Shown piece by piece: positions 17,981-26,298 of a stretch of DNA of 64,000 nt; position 1 is the first letter of the stretch, and every line of letters starts with the position of its first letter. The notes beneath the pieces were generated by a model. It ran no database searches and was not told where the DNA came from. It was given only the letters and a program-made list of their open reading frames with translations. Made by a program: the position numbers and the translations under genes. The stretch lies in the sequence record NC_014636.1; one strand, written 5' to 3'.

Positions 17981-18532
17981 TTAGTCCATTTTGAGTTTAA
18001 TTTTCAGAACAGCGAGACGATCTTTTGTTTCTTGTTCCAGCTCTTTACAAACGCGATCATAATATGCATTGGCTGCCATGTCAACCACTTTTTGTATGTG
18101 TTTTGATTCTTCACCAGCTTCTACAGTTACAGCAGCAACGGTAACAACCAAACTATGAGAAATGGTAATATCGAGCGTTCGACGATTTTCAACTTTGGTA
18201 GTTTCGACTTTTACACCAGAGCTTGACGCGATTGCGCGAATATGAACATACGGATAAACTTTGGTATCAAGTTCCGCATAATCAACGAGGATTGTATTTT
18301 CACTTTCAAGAACTTTCATGAATCGAAGCGGAACCCTACCCAGATAATTCCCATTGTGGATTCCACTCAGATCGTAATAACGAACATCACATAGATCGGA
18401 ATCTTCATCTTTGCGATGGATTAGATAGATGTTTTTCGGTTCACCGACACCGCGCATAATGTCATCAACTCGGAACACATAACCTTTCTCGGTTAGCAGC
18501 TCAACGAGATAGTTAGTCGCTTTTGTAATCAT
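17981..18532 (-). CDS. hypothetical protein
   Basis: 183-aa ORF, GGAG SD. Confidence 0.8.
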   Translation of the reverse strand: MITKATNYLVELLTEKGYVFRVDDIMRGVGEPKNIYLIHRKDEDSDLCDVRYYDLSGIHNGNYLGRVPLRFMKVLESENTILVDYAELDTKVYPYVHIRAIASSSGVKVETTKVENRRTLDITISHSLVVTVAAVTVEAGEESKHIQKVVDMAANAYYDRVCKELEQETKDRLAVLKIKLKMD

Positions 18533-18921
18533 CGTTTATTCTCCAGTTTTTCAATAAGTGCATTATACAGTGAGATCGCTTCGGCTTCAACAAAATCTGG
18601 TAGATCTAGCATGTCGAAGCACAGACAACGACCGTAGTCCCAACCCAGATTGTAAGCGATGGACTGCCACTTTGCTTTACTGCCAAACGGACGCTTGTTT
18701 GTTTTCAGAAACTCAAGCATGTCAACGGGAACAAAGCTTTCATCGGTTTCACTGAAATCGGCATAGTAGCCTTTCAGGATCATCATGAGTCGATCAAGCT
18801 CGAAAGCTCGTGGCATACGACGATTCATGATTTGCGACCAGTAGGTTATCCGTTTAAGACCAACCGTTTTGGTGTATTCCGCATCCATTTGATTGACAAG
18901 CTTTTTCTTTCTTGCGTCCAT
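18529..18921 (-). CDS. hypothetical protein
   Basis: 130-aa ORF, coupled. Confidence 0.8.
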   Translation of the reverse strand: MDARKKKLVNQMDAEYTKTVGLKRITYWSQIMNRRMPRAFELDRLMMILKGYYADFSETDESFVPVDMLEFLKTNKRPFGSKAKWQSIAYNLGWDYGRCLCFDMLDLPDFVEAEAISLYNALIEKLENKR

Positions 18922-19175
18922 TATTCACCCTTCATTTTGGTTTCGTACTCTTCGATTTGTTCCATAGTCAGCCACTCTGGCTTAGTATCAAAACTGTTCC
19001 ACAGTGCTTTCATGCCTTCGATCTGTTCGGCTACGTTACCCGCCCATAGAGCGCGAGTGGAGCGATTGCCGAATCCAAGGAAGTATTCACAATCCGATTT
19101 CATACGACTCAGCAGCATGTATTTGAATTCCGCATCAGCCTCGCGAGTTTCGATTACTTCTTGAATATAGCACAT
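18921..19175 (-). CDS. LPD11-like protein (large polyvalent protein-associated domain)
   Basis: YMLLSRMKSDCEYFLG...LWAGNVAEQI...KPEWLTMEQIEEY signature. Confidence 0.75.
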   Translation of the reverse strand: MCYIQEVIETREADAEFKYMLLSRMKSDCEYFLGFGNRSTRALWAGNVAEQIEGMKALWNSFDTKPEWLTMEQIEEYETKMKGE

Positions 19176-19203
19176 GATTAAGTCCTCTCGTTTCTATGTG
19201 ACC

Positions 19204-19256
19204 ACTATAGCAGGCTGAAAATCGATGTCAATAAAAAAGGCACCCGAAGGTGCCTT
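19204..19256 (-). repeat. terminator + early promoter cassette, copy 3
   Basis: Same hairpin + TTGACA-N16-TATAGT. Confidence 0.85.
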
Positions 19257-19437
19257 ATAGTTTAGCTCGAACAAAACAATCCTTCGCTTCGATTAGCTTT
19301 TGTAAGCCGATCTTACGTTGTTCGTTGTCCGGTAATTCCGCAATCATCTTCTCGGCTAAGTCATGAAACGGCTTAGAGAATGGTTGCAGATGTTCCGGTA
19401 GGTGTTGATAACGAAAGTATTTTAACTGATCAATCAT
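19255..19437 (-). CDS. conserved small phage protein
   Basis: YFRYQHLPEHLQ...GLQKLIEAKDCFVRA. Confidence 0.75.
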   Translation of the reverse strand: MIDQLKYFRYQHLPEHLQPFSKPFHDLAEKMIAELPDNEQRKIGLQKLIEAKDCFVRAKL

Positions 19438-19708
19438 CTTCCCATGATCGTTTTGCATTTCGACCATCACGACGAGGACGAGATTTGTCTTTCGCCGGGC
19501 GCTCGATGTGTTCCCGTTCTTCCATGACAGATTTGATCAGATCGTAATACTCAGCCAGAGTAGCAGCGCGTTCCGTGTCAGCTTGGGAGCTAGAATCATG
19601 TTCAGCGTGATATTCAGCAGCAGCCCGAGATTTCAGAACTACTTTACGCAGTGCATTCAGACGCTCGGTAGTGAGATTACGCAGTTTCTTTTCGCTAAGA
19701 ATTTCCAT
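19430..19708 (-). CDS. hypothetical basic protein
   Basis: 92-aa ORF with SD. Confidence 0.75.
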   Translation of the reverse strand: MEILSEKKLRNLTTERLNALRKVVLKSRAAAEYHAEHDSSSQADTERAATLAEYYDLIKSVMEEREHIERPAKDKSRPRRDGRNAKRSWEDD

Positions 19709-19764
19709 CTTTATTTCCTACAGGTGGTTTAACTCTATCTCTCGATAGCTTGACTTAACAAGAT

Positions 19765-19885
19765 TGGAGGGGAAGGTGGGACTCGAACCCACATACGACA
19801 GTTTGATTTCGATTTAGTTGCCGTAAAGATTCTTGACAGAATCCGCTTTTTCGACTATTGCCTATACCGATTCGGCTACTTCCCC
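19765..19885 (-). ncRNA. tRNA-scaffolded RNA B (121 nt, 3' UCCA) with insert replacing the anticodon loop
   Basis: GGGGAAG/CUUCCCC acceptor, D arm GCC-GAAUCGGUAUA-GGC, T arm GUGGG-UUCGAGU-CCCAC; insert AAAAAGCGGAUUCU-GUCA-AGAAUCUUUACGGCAAC. Confidence 0.8.
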
Positions 19886-19903
19886 AAATTTTTAACAACA
19901 CTA

Positions 19904-20021
19904 TGCTGGCGGTCTGGGATTCGAACCCAGGTTACAGGCTTAACAGGCGAGTATTTGTTGCGGAATACATTCTTATCAGAATGAATTTTACAGTGTCCTA
20001 CCACTAGACGAACCGCCAGCA
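19904..20021 (-). ncRNA. tRNA-scaffolded RNA A with the same insert motif, no CCA
   Basis: UGGCGGU/ACCGCCA acceptor extended ~13 bp, D arm, T arm CUGGG-UUCGAAU-CCCAG; insert AAAAUUCAUUCU-GAUA-AGAAUGUAUUCCGCAAC. Confidence 0.78.
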
Positions 20022-20030
20022 TAATGCTGT

Positions 20031-20159
20031 TTGTTGACGCGATGCTGGATTCGAACCAGCGACGTTTCTCGGTGTGCCCACACTATACCGGATTCGAACC
20101 GGTCCCGATACTTCTCTGCGATCAGAGGCGCTCTCCCACTGAGCTAATCGCGTCAACAA
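20031..20159 (-). ncRNA. tRNA-like RNA G with two T arms
   Basis: GACGCGA/UCGCGUC acceptor, D arm GCUC-AGUGGGA-GAGC, T arms ACCGG-UUCGAAU-CCGGU and GCUGG-UUCGAAU-CCAGC; no CCA. Confidence 0.75.
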
Positions 20160-20176
20160 AACAATCTTCTCATAGT

Positions 20177-20635
20177 TTACTTAGTTTGTAAACCTTTTTC
20201 TTTAAACTTTTTCACAGCAAGCATGAGGCTACAAATAGTTGACTGTATTTCGCCACTGTCTTTCAGAATCTTGCCGTTACCTCTGGTAATCAGAGTATAA
20301 ACGTCTTTGATATCGTTCTGCATGATCGTTTTGATCATTTCATCACTATATCGAAGTTGCATGGTAAAGTCTATCATTTCTTTACCGGAAATGAGGTCTA
20401 CCGATAGTGTCACACCATGAACATAATCAGTGTTAACAACAACACGAACGATGCCATTGCCGTCGATTGAGATCATCGGAACACCAAGCGGACGTTCGTA
20501 ATTGCGACGACACTCGGAATCTTTCTTTGCGAGATCGTCGCGACGTTTCGACTCGGCACTGACGCCAGTCAGTTTACCCTCTTCCACAATATCAGCATAG
20601 CTTTGCGGAAACAGAAACTTGATTAAAGATTTCAT
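20177..20635 (-). CDS. hypothetical early protein
   Basis: GAGG SD before MKSLIK. Confidence 0.8.
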   Translation of the reverse strand: MKSLIKFLFPQSYADIVEEGKLTGVSAESKRRDDLAKKDSECRRNYERPLGVPMISIDGNGIVRVVVNTDYVHGVTLSVDLISGKEMIDFTMQLRYSDEMIKTIMQNDIKDVYTLITRGNGKILKDSGEIQSTICSLMLAVKKFKEKGLQTK

Positions 20636-20654
20636 GATAACTTCCTCTCGTTTA

Positions 20655-20691
20655 GATGTCGCCATTATAGCGACATCGGATTATCTGTCAA
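20655..20691 (-). promoter_or_regulatory. early promoter with inverted repeat over the -10
   Basis: TTGACA-N16-TATAAT; GATGTCGC/GCGACATC arms. Confidence 0.85.
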
Positions 20692-21030
20692 GTAGAAATA
20701 CGCGATAACGATAAAAACTTTACAGACAATGTGCAGCATTTGATCCGCGAACAAGTTGATCTTGTTCTTGCACTTCATGAGATCGATAATCCAGTGGCTA
20801 ATAAGCTCTGCCAAACTTAGCCAGACGCTCTGGGTTACGACATATACCACGACTGCATGAGTAGATGCGTGGGCAGTGAGCCAGTAAATCCAATGCACTC
20901 CATAGAGTGGAGAGTTGACTGGATGCTTCCCCCTTGCGACGCTATCCGGTTGTAACGTGTAATCGGCAACAAAGTGGCCAATCATCAGCAGATATAAGAT
21001 CTCAAACAATTTTGTCCATTTCTCCCACAA
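20665..21030 (-). CDS. DUF3307-like membrane protein
   Basis: GHFVADYTLQ, AHASTH, SHWIID, DQMLH motifs. Confidence 0.8.
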   Translation of the reverse strand: MWEKWTKLFEILYLLMIGHFVADYTLQPDSVARGKHPVNSPLYGVHWIYWLTAHASTHAVVVYVVTQSVWLSLAELISHWIIDLMKCKNKINLFADQMLHIVCKVFIVIAYFYLTDNPMSL

Positions 21031-21262
21031 CGACCCGATACAGGTCTTCCGGTTCTTTCAGAACATCAGCGCCGATTGTGATGCTGAATGCTGCTTTCAT
21101 TGTAAAAGCGTCCGAAATGATCTCGAATCGATAATCACCTTGTTCCAGATCTGTCCACAATTCATATCCAGCGAACGTTTCCGTCGGATGTTTGTCTTGC
21201 CAATGATGGAGCAGCATAGATGCGGCTTCGCACATTTCCCGCATTTCTTTACAAGTCAGCAT
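21002..21262 (-). CDS. hypothetical protein
   Basis: 86-aa ORF. Confidence 0.7.
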   Translation of the reverse strand: MLTCKEMREMCEAASMLLHHWQDKHPTETFAGYELWTDLEQGDYRFEIISDAFTMKAAFSITIGADVLKEPEDLYRVVVGEMDKIV

Positions 21263-21524
21263 CTTTGCCCTTAACGATTAAGTAAACGTAATGACCATTT
21301 TGTGTTTGTTGCCGAGGATGAAATTCATATCCCAACTCCAACATATGACCATGATCGTTTGGACTTAGATAGTCATGTTGGTGGCAGTTGTCTTTGTCTG
21401 TGGTTACCAGTTTGTATCCAATCAATTCGATTGCGCGACTGAACTTGGTAATTTCAAGTGAATAATCAAAGGCCACTGTTCTTTCCTTGCATACGAGCGC
21501 GACAGTTCGCAAGATGATTTTCAA
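21249..21524 (-). CDS. hypothetical protein
   Basis: 91-aa ORF. Confidence 0.7.
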   Translation of the reverse strand: MKIILRTVALVCKERTVAFDYSLEITKFSRAIELIGYKLVTTDKDNCHQHDYLSPNDHGHMLELGYEFHPRQQTQNGHYVYLIVKGKDADL

Positions 21525-21750
21525 TCACGCGATCATCAGAAAACAGCTTCATATTCAGCGTGGTATAGAAGAAATCTCCTTCGCCCGCGCGAGAATGCAG
21601 CTTGAATTCCAGATCGCCATTGTCCGACATAGTTACATCATCAGCTTCCCAATTTTGATCGTCGTTCAGCTTGATTGAATCGGCATAGTTTACCAACGCC
21701 TTCTTGAATTCGTTGATGTTGTATATGAGTAAGTTGATATTAGTTGGCAT
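21466..21750 (-). CDS. hypothetical protein
   Basis: 94-aa ORF. Confidence 0.7.
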   Translation of the reverse strand: MPTNINLLIYNINEFKKALVNYADSIKLNDDQNWEADDVTMSDNGDLEFKLHSRAGEGDFFYTTLNMKLFSDDRVIENHLANCRARMQGKNSGL

Positions 21751-21991
21751 TTGCTTCTACCATTTCTTTTACGCGCTCGATATGAGACGCGATTGATTGT
21801 TGACTACGAAACAGATCGATATGCATACGATGCACCAGATCTTTACCATCATGTTCGAATCGAATCAAGAAGTTATTCTTGGTCATATCGAATCCGATAT
21901 CATCTTTGATGAATCGAATGCCATGGATTTTCTCCATCGCTTCGCCGTACATTTTCACATTTGCGAAAATAAATTCAATGATGGAACTCAT
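21740..21991 (-). CDS. hypothetical protein
   Basis: 83-aa ORF. Confidence 0.7.
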   Translation of the reverse strand: MSSIIEFIFANVKMYGEAMEKIHGIRFIKDDIGFDMTKNNFLIRFEHDGKDLVHRMHIDLFRSQQSIASHIERVKEMVEANAN

Positions 21992-21992
21992 T

Positions 21993-22394
21993 TCATTCTC
22001 CGAATTCAGCTTTCAGTTGCTTGTATTGCTCAAACCGTTGTTTCTTCTCGATTTCTTTGGCGCGATTCATTCGCTCAACGTATTCCGCATCGCGTTTTAC
22101 GTGGTGTTCCAAATGCTTGGCGATCTCGGTTTCGATGTCTTTGATGATATCGCTTACTTCAACACCATCGATATTAACGTCGATGCAACAAACCGCGAAG
22201 TCATCATTCCAACCAGTTTCGAACTTGACTTCCATGGTCATGTCTTCGATATCCACTTTAACAAAAGTCCACTTGACAGTCAAAGCGCGTTTGTTGCTTT
22301 TATTCTCGAACTTGTCAACGATACCGTTCCAGTTGTTTTTCAGACCTTCAACGGTATTCAGGATAAGTTGGGAGTCTTCTTTTTTGATGAACAT
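21993..22394 (-). CDS. hypothetical early protein
   Basis: GGAG SD after promoter. Confidence 0.8.
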   Translation of the reverse strand: MFIKKEDSQLILNTVEGLKNNWNGIVDKFENKSNKRALTVKWTFVKVDIEDMTMEVKFETGWNDDFAVCCIDVNIDGVEVSDIIKDIETEIAKHLEHHVKRDAEYVERMNRAKEIEKKQRFEQYKQLKAEFGE

Positions 22395-22421
22395 AATGTT
22401 CTCCTTGTTTAGATATTGGCA

Positions 22422-22477
22422 TTATTACATGACTCATACCAGTTGTCAAACAAAAAAGGCACCCGAAGGTGCCTTTT
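22422..22477 (-). repeat. terminator + early promoter cassette, copy 4
   Basis: Same hairpin + TTGACA-N16-TAATAA. Confidence 0.85.
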
Positions 22478-22478
22478 C

Positions 22479-23912
22479 TTAGTAGTCGATACCGACGTAT
22501 CGGTCACTCATGATCTTGTCGAGCATGATTTGCAGCGGGTTGAAGTCCTTCGCACTCAGGATTGTCTCCATGATAGAAGGGCTGAAACCGGACACAAGCG
22601 CGGTACCGTTGTCATCCTTAGTCACCGGATTATTAGTCGGGCGCGGACACAGGTTCCAGAACACCAGCTTGGGCATTTCGTAACCAGCTTTGCGGTACTT
22701 CGCTTTGATCGATTCGAAGTTGGTTTGTTCACCAACACCGTAACGACGACGGCTGTAACCACCATCAGCCATGTTAAATTCCATGTCAGACAGAACAACC
22801 ATCATAGTCGGCATATCAGACTGGGGAACACGGTTGCGAACAGCGCGATCCAGAATGATATCGAATGCACCAGTGAAGTTGGTAGAACCACCCCACGGAG
22901 CACGACTCAGATGCTCGACCATCGCTTTCAGATTGTCACCTTTCTGCTTGATGTTGTAGAAGCACGGATTATCATCGAATGTAATAATCTCATTCTGGAA
23001 CACACCACGGGAACGTTCGCCGATATACAGACCCAGAGAGATCGCGATATCCATAGCAGACAGACCAGCAACAGCGGTCGGACAGCTCATGGAGCCAGAA
23101 ACGTCGACCATTGCGATCACGTTCTCAGTAGAACCAGCCATCCAGTCGCGTTGTGCTTTCCATTGTGCGTCAGCAGCAACAGAAGAACCATTACGCAGAG
23201 ACTTGATCATGTCGTACGGATATACCGCACTAGCGTTGATCTTGGCATCACCCTTTTTCAGAGATTCCAGATAAGCGACATAACGAGAGTTAGCGTTTTT
23301 CAGGAATGCTTTCTGATAACGAGCAGAAGCAACAGACGGCAGCTTACCGAAGTCGATGCCATCCCATTGACGAGCACACATCTTTTGTTCAACGGTATTC
23401 GACAGACCAACGACCAGTTGACGATACTCTTTGGCAGTCAGGCTCATTGCCTTAGCCAGAATACCAGCTTCTTTGCCCTTACGAGGTGCCCACTTTGCAG
23501 CAAGACCATTACCTTTGATCGCGATAGCGTCAACCATGATCGCAACAGCAGCCTCGCCAATCGGAGAGTCAATCATTGCTACCACGTCTTTGAAGCGACC
23601 GATTTCCGGAGTGTTCATCAAAACAACGGTCGCGTCAACTTCGTGGCGATTAGCCAGGAATTTCAGCAGACGGATGAATTGCTCACGCTCACCAGCGCCA
23701 CCGCGAATATCGCGAGCCCATTGCAGAATGCGCACAGCCCAATCCGGAGATTCGGTATAAGCTTCCTGGAACATGCTAGTCAGATCTTTCCCGCGAGAGG
23801 AACCAATCTGAGAAAACAGATTCAGACACTTATCACCGGTGGTGTAGTTAGTAACAGCACCGTTAGCAGTGCGGGCTTGAGCTTGCACCATTGCGTTCAT
23901 AAAAGCAGACAT
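22479..23912 (-). CDS. DUF2828-family TROVE/Ro60-like protein with vWA domain
   Basis: TANGA, WARDIRGGAGERE, LAAKWAPR, YDMIK, MIDAS VDVSGSM, GGSTNF, LSDMEF, KLVFWNL, ALVSGFSP. Confidence 0.88.
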   Translation of the reverse strand: MSAFMNAMVQAQARTANGAVTNYTTGDKCLNLFSQIGSSRGKDLTSMFQEAYTESPDWAVRILQWARDIRGGAGEREQFIRLLKFLANRHEVDATVVLMNTPEIGRFKDVVAMIDSPIGEAAVAIMVDAIAIKGNGLAAKWAPRKGKEAGILAKAMSLTAKEYRQLVVGLSNTVEQKMCARQWDGIDFGKLPSVASARYQKAFLKNANSRYVAYLESLKKGDAKINASAVYPYDMIKSLRNGSSVAADAQWKAQRDWMAGSTENVIAMVDVSGSMSCPTAVAGLSAMDIAISLGLYIGERSRGVFQNEIITFDDNPCFYNIKQKGDNLKAMVEHLSRAPWGGSTNFTGAFDIILDRAVRNRVPQSDMPTMMVVLSDMEFNMADGGYSRRRYGVGEQTNFESIKAKYRKAGYEMPKLVFWNLCPRPTNNPVTKDDNGTALVSGFSPSIMETILSAKDFNPLQIMLDKIMSDRYVGIDY

Positions 23913-23928
23913 TCAGAAATTACCTCTT

Positions 23929-24528
23929 TCAGGTTTGTTTGAATTGATCCCAGTTATAGGACAGTTTTTCTTTCCAGCACTTGCGACAGAACGAAACATA
24001 ACGTTGTTCAGCGCCAATGCAAATTTGTTCACCACGACGAATAACGTTTCCATTATCATCAGTTCTAGCGACCATGCAGGTCTTACGTCCGCAGTCACAT
24101 ATGCCAGGGAGCTGGCGAGTTTCATCGGCTATTGCCAACAACGCTCTTGAGCCAGGGAATAGATTTCCTAGAAAATCCGTTCTGAGACCATAACACATGA
24201 CTGGGATTCCGAGCTTATCAACGATATCAGACAATTCCCAGATCTGTTTTTCAGTCAGAAATTGAACTTCATCGACAAGCACACAATCAATTTTCTGTAG
24301 TTTACTCTCAGTTTCTACCAAAGTAAACATATTTTCGTGAACGTGAACACACCGACATTCTCTTTGAATCCCAATTCTGGAACCGATTGTGTCTTTTGTT
24401 CTTGTATCAAACGCTGGCTTATAAAGCAAGACATTTTGACCACGTTCGTTGTAGTTATACGCAACTTGAAGCAATTGGGTACTCTTGCCAACATTCATTG
24501 AAGCGTATGTAAAGAAAAGTTTAGCCAT
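23929..24528 (-). CDS. tk: thymidine kinase
   Basis: YASMNVGKST, VLVDEVQF, CYGLRTDF, C-terminal Zn site CDCG...CRKC. Confidence 0.95.
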   Translation of the reverse strand: MAKLFFTYASMNVGKSTQLLQVAYNYNERGQNVLLYKPAFDTRTKDTIGSRIGIQRECRCVHVHENMFTLVETESKLQKIDCVLVDEVQFLTEKQIWELSDIVDKLGIPVMCYGLRTDFLGNLFPGSRALLAIADETRQLPGICDCGRKTCMVARTDDNGNVIRRGEQICIGAEQRYVSFCRKCWKEKLSYNWDQFKQT

Positions 24529-24578
24529 TAATCCCTCGTTTTTCGTTACTTTAACTCGCCTTCCGTGGCAAGTAAACA

Positions 24579-24923
24579 TCAGTAACAATATTTCGCTAAG
24601 AACTCAGCCTTAGGGCTAGGCATCACGTACTTAGAGTGATTTTTAGGTAGCCGATATTTCACGCCGTTGCTATAAACCAACTTCTCTAGTGTCACAGTTT
24701 CTTTGCTGTAATCACCAATCAATTTACAGCTACCGACGTCTATGCTATACAGAGTTTCGCCTTGATACAAGAATGAAACATGAGCATTTCTATGATACCG
24801 GATTCGATTTTCTTCTGGTACGTATCGAACGGAATCGGTAGTCACTTTGCGAACTGCGAGCGGCGGTCCGTCATCACAACCGATTAACAGAAGCGAGATT
24901 AATACTACCGAGATCCGTTTCAT
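24579..24923 (-). CDS. putative lipoprotein
   Basis: LLLIG-C lipobox. Confidence 0.7.
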   Translation of the reverse strand: MKRISVVLISLLLIGCDDGPPLAVRKVTTDSVRYVPEENRIRYHRNAHVSFLYQGETLYSIDVGSCKLIGDYSKETVTLEKLVYSNGVKYRLPKNHSKYVMPSPKAEFLAKYCY

Positions 24924-25348
24924 TACAGCACCGGAACAACAGTGATCGCAGAGCTGGCGTTATCGCCGTCCATTTTCTTGGTATAGCTGACATAGACCAT
25001 ATTCATGTGCTCTTTGTCGTATACGCGGTCGATCACCATAGATTTGAAGAACAGACCCTTTTTCTGAGAAAAGATGTTCTTACGGGAAGTCAGTTCAACG
25101 CCGGATTCGAATGGTGCAGACACGCATTGCATAGCGACATCTGTCTGATCTTCGAAACTCAGAGAGCGAGACGGCAGATTCACATAACAGGTAACATTCG
25201 GATAATCCGGGTCAGTGAACACTTCCACACTCAGGGTATCTTTGAATACCAGACCAGAAGTCTCGACTTCATACAGAGTGTCGGCTTTAACTGCACCGAT
25301 AGTCAGCATAGCACATACGAACATCAGACCTTGACAAAACTTTTTCAT
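24923..25348 (-). CDS. CreA-family periplasmic protein
   Basis: Signal peptide; VEVFTDPDYPNVTCYV, MQC, RVYDKEH..VYVSY..K..SSAITVVP. Confidence 0.8.
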   Translation of the reverse strand: MKKFCQGLMFVCAMLTIGAVKADTLYEVETSGLVFKDTLSVEVFTDPDYPNVTCYVNLPSRSLSFEDQTDVAMQCVSAPFESGVELTSRKNIFSQKKGLFFKSMVIDRVYDKEHMNMVYVSYTKKMDGDNASSAITVVPVL

Positions 25349-25349
25349 C

Positions 25350-25553
25350 TTAAATTTCCTTAGCAATAAGATTGCAACCAACAACATAACACGATTTGCC
25401 ATTGTATTTGAATGAGACAAAATCGCGGGTTATAGATAGATCATCAACTACCAGATTTTTAGCTGATGTCGTATGACCATTTTCATCCGGAATCCGATAA
25501 TAGATATCGGAACGTTGATCTTGATAAAAGATCGAAATAACATGTTGAGTCAT
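25350..25553 (-). CDS. hypothetical protein
   Basis: 67-aa ORF. Confidence 0.65.
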   Translation of the reverse strand: MTQHVISIFYQDQRSDIYYRIPDENGHTTSAKNLVVDDLSITRDFVSFKYNGKSCYVVGCNLIAKEI

Positions 25554-25555
25554 TG

Positions 25556-25798
25556 TTAGTTACCTATCGCAATAGAACAAACCGCACCGGTAACATAATG
25601 CTTTACACCGTTCAGGACAAAATACCAGCCAGTATTATACCGCTCAATATCTTGAACGCGAAGATTGTTTACAGTGACACCACTTGGTGTCTTGACGTAG
25701 TTAACACCGTTCTGATACCAGCATGTGATAACACCGTCTCTGGCAAACACGCTGCTATTAAACATCATCAGCGCAACAAATGCAAGAACTTTTTTCAT
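25556..25798 (-). CDS. secreted hypothetical protein
   Basis: Signal peptide MKKVLAFVALMMF. Confidence 0.7.
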   Translation of the reverse strand: MKKVLAFVALMMFNSSVFARDGVITCWYQNGVNYVKTPSGVTVNNLRVQDIERYNTGWYFVLNGVKHYVTGAVCSIAIGN

Positions 25799-26019
25799 TT
25801 TTCACCACATTTTTGTTTAAGACGTTCGATTTCTTTTACCAGAGCTTCTACGATATCGTGAGTATGTCGATAACCCTCGCCGCCTTGTGACCAACATGTG
25901 GTACAGCAGTATTGATCATCAAAACCCATGCCACGACAATCAGGACAAGCTACCGTACCGTCGAACTCATTTTCTTCCAGCATACGATTGATCATATGCA
26001 GCTCATTTCGGTCCATCAT
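25795..26019 (-). CDS. small zinc-finger protein (DnaJ-like CxxCxGxG)
   Basis: CPDCRGMG...CTTCWSQGG. Confidence 0.7.
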   Translation of the reverse strand: MMDRNELHMINRMLEENEFDGTVACPDCRGMGFDDQYCCTTCWSQGGEGYRHTHDIVEALVKEIERLKQKCGEK

Positions 26020-26297
26020 TGACCTTGTACGTCCATGAAAATATTGTCGCCGCCGTTCATCTTGATCATTCGTGTACCAACGTATACCAGCATGGTACCA
26101 TGCTCGGACACGATGTCGCCACAGTCATGATACATGTTATTGGTAAACACAGCGGGACGAACACCAAACACGTTTTGGAACAATTGTTCAGCGTCGATAT
26201 TGCGGTCATATCGAGTTTGACCAGCGACAATAGAAGTTACATTGTCCATCTTCTCGCCAATAGTTTTGTCCAGGTGATCTACTTGAATTGTATACAT
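26016..26297 (-). CDS. hypothetical protein
   Basis: 93-aa ORF. Confidence 0.7.
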   Translation of the reverse strand: MYTIQVDHLDKTIGEKMDNVTSIVAGQTRYDRNIDAEQLFQNVFGVRPAVFTNNMYHDCGDIVSEHGTMLVYVGTRMIKMNGGDNIFMDVQGQ

Positions 26298-26298
26298 A

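Noticed and set aside
19800-19990. Inserts in RNAs A and B as self-splicing or BHB introns
   Set aside because: Too short for group I/II, no bulge-helix-bulge, and removal does not obviously restore a 7-nt anticodon loop; the insert itself is the conserved part.
22479-23912. Calling the TROVE-like gene rsr
   Set aside because: The motif set fits DUF2828 better than canonical Rsr; relatedness to Ro60 is inferred, not shown.
22416-23942. 508-aa plus-strand ORF, and similar long ones at 10049-10933, 13877-14854, 4055-4846 and 3329-4039
   Set aside because: Antisense shadows of strongly codon-biased minus-strand genes; no SD, no motifs, wrong strand for the region.
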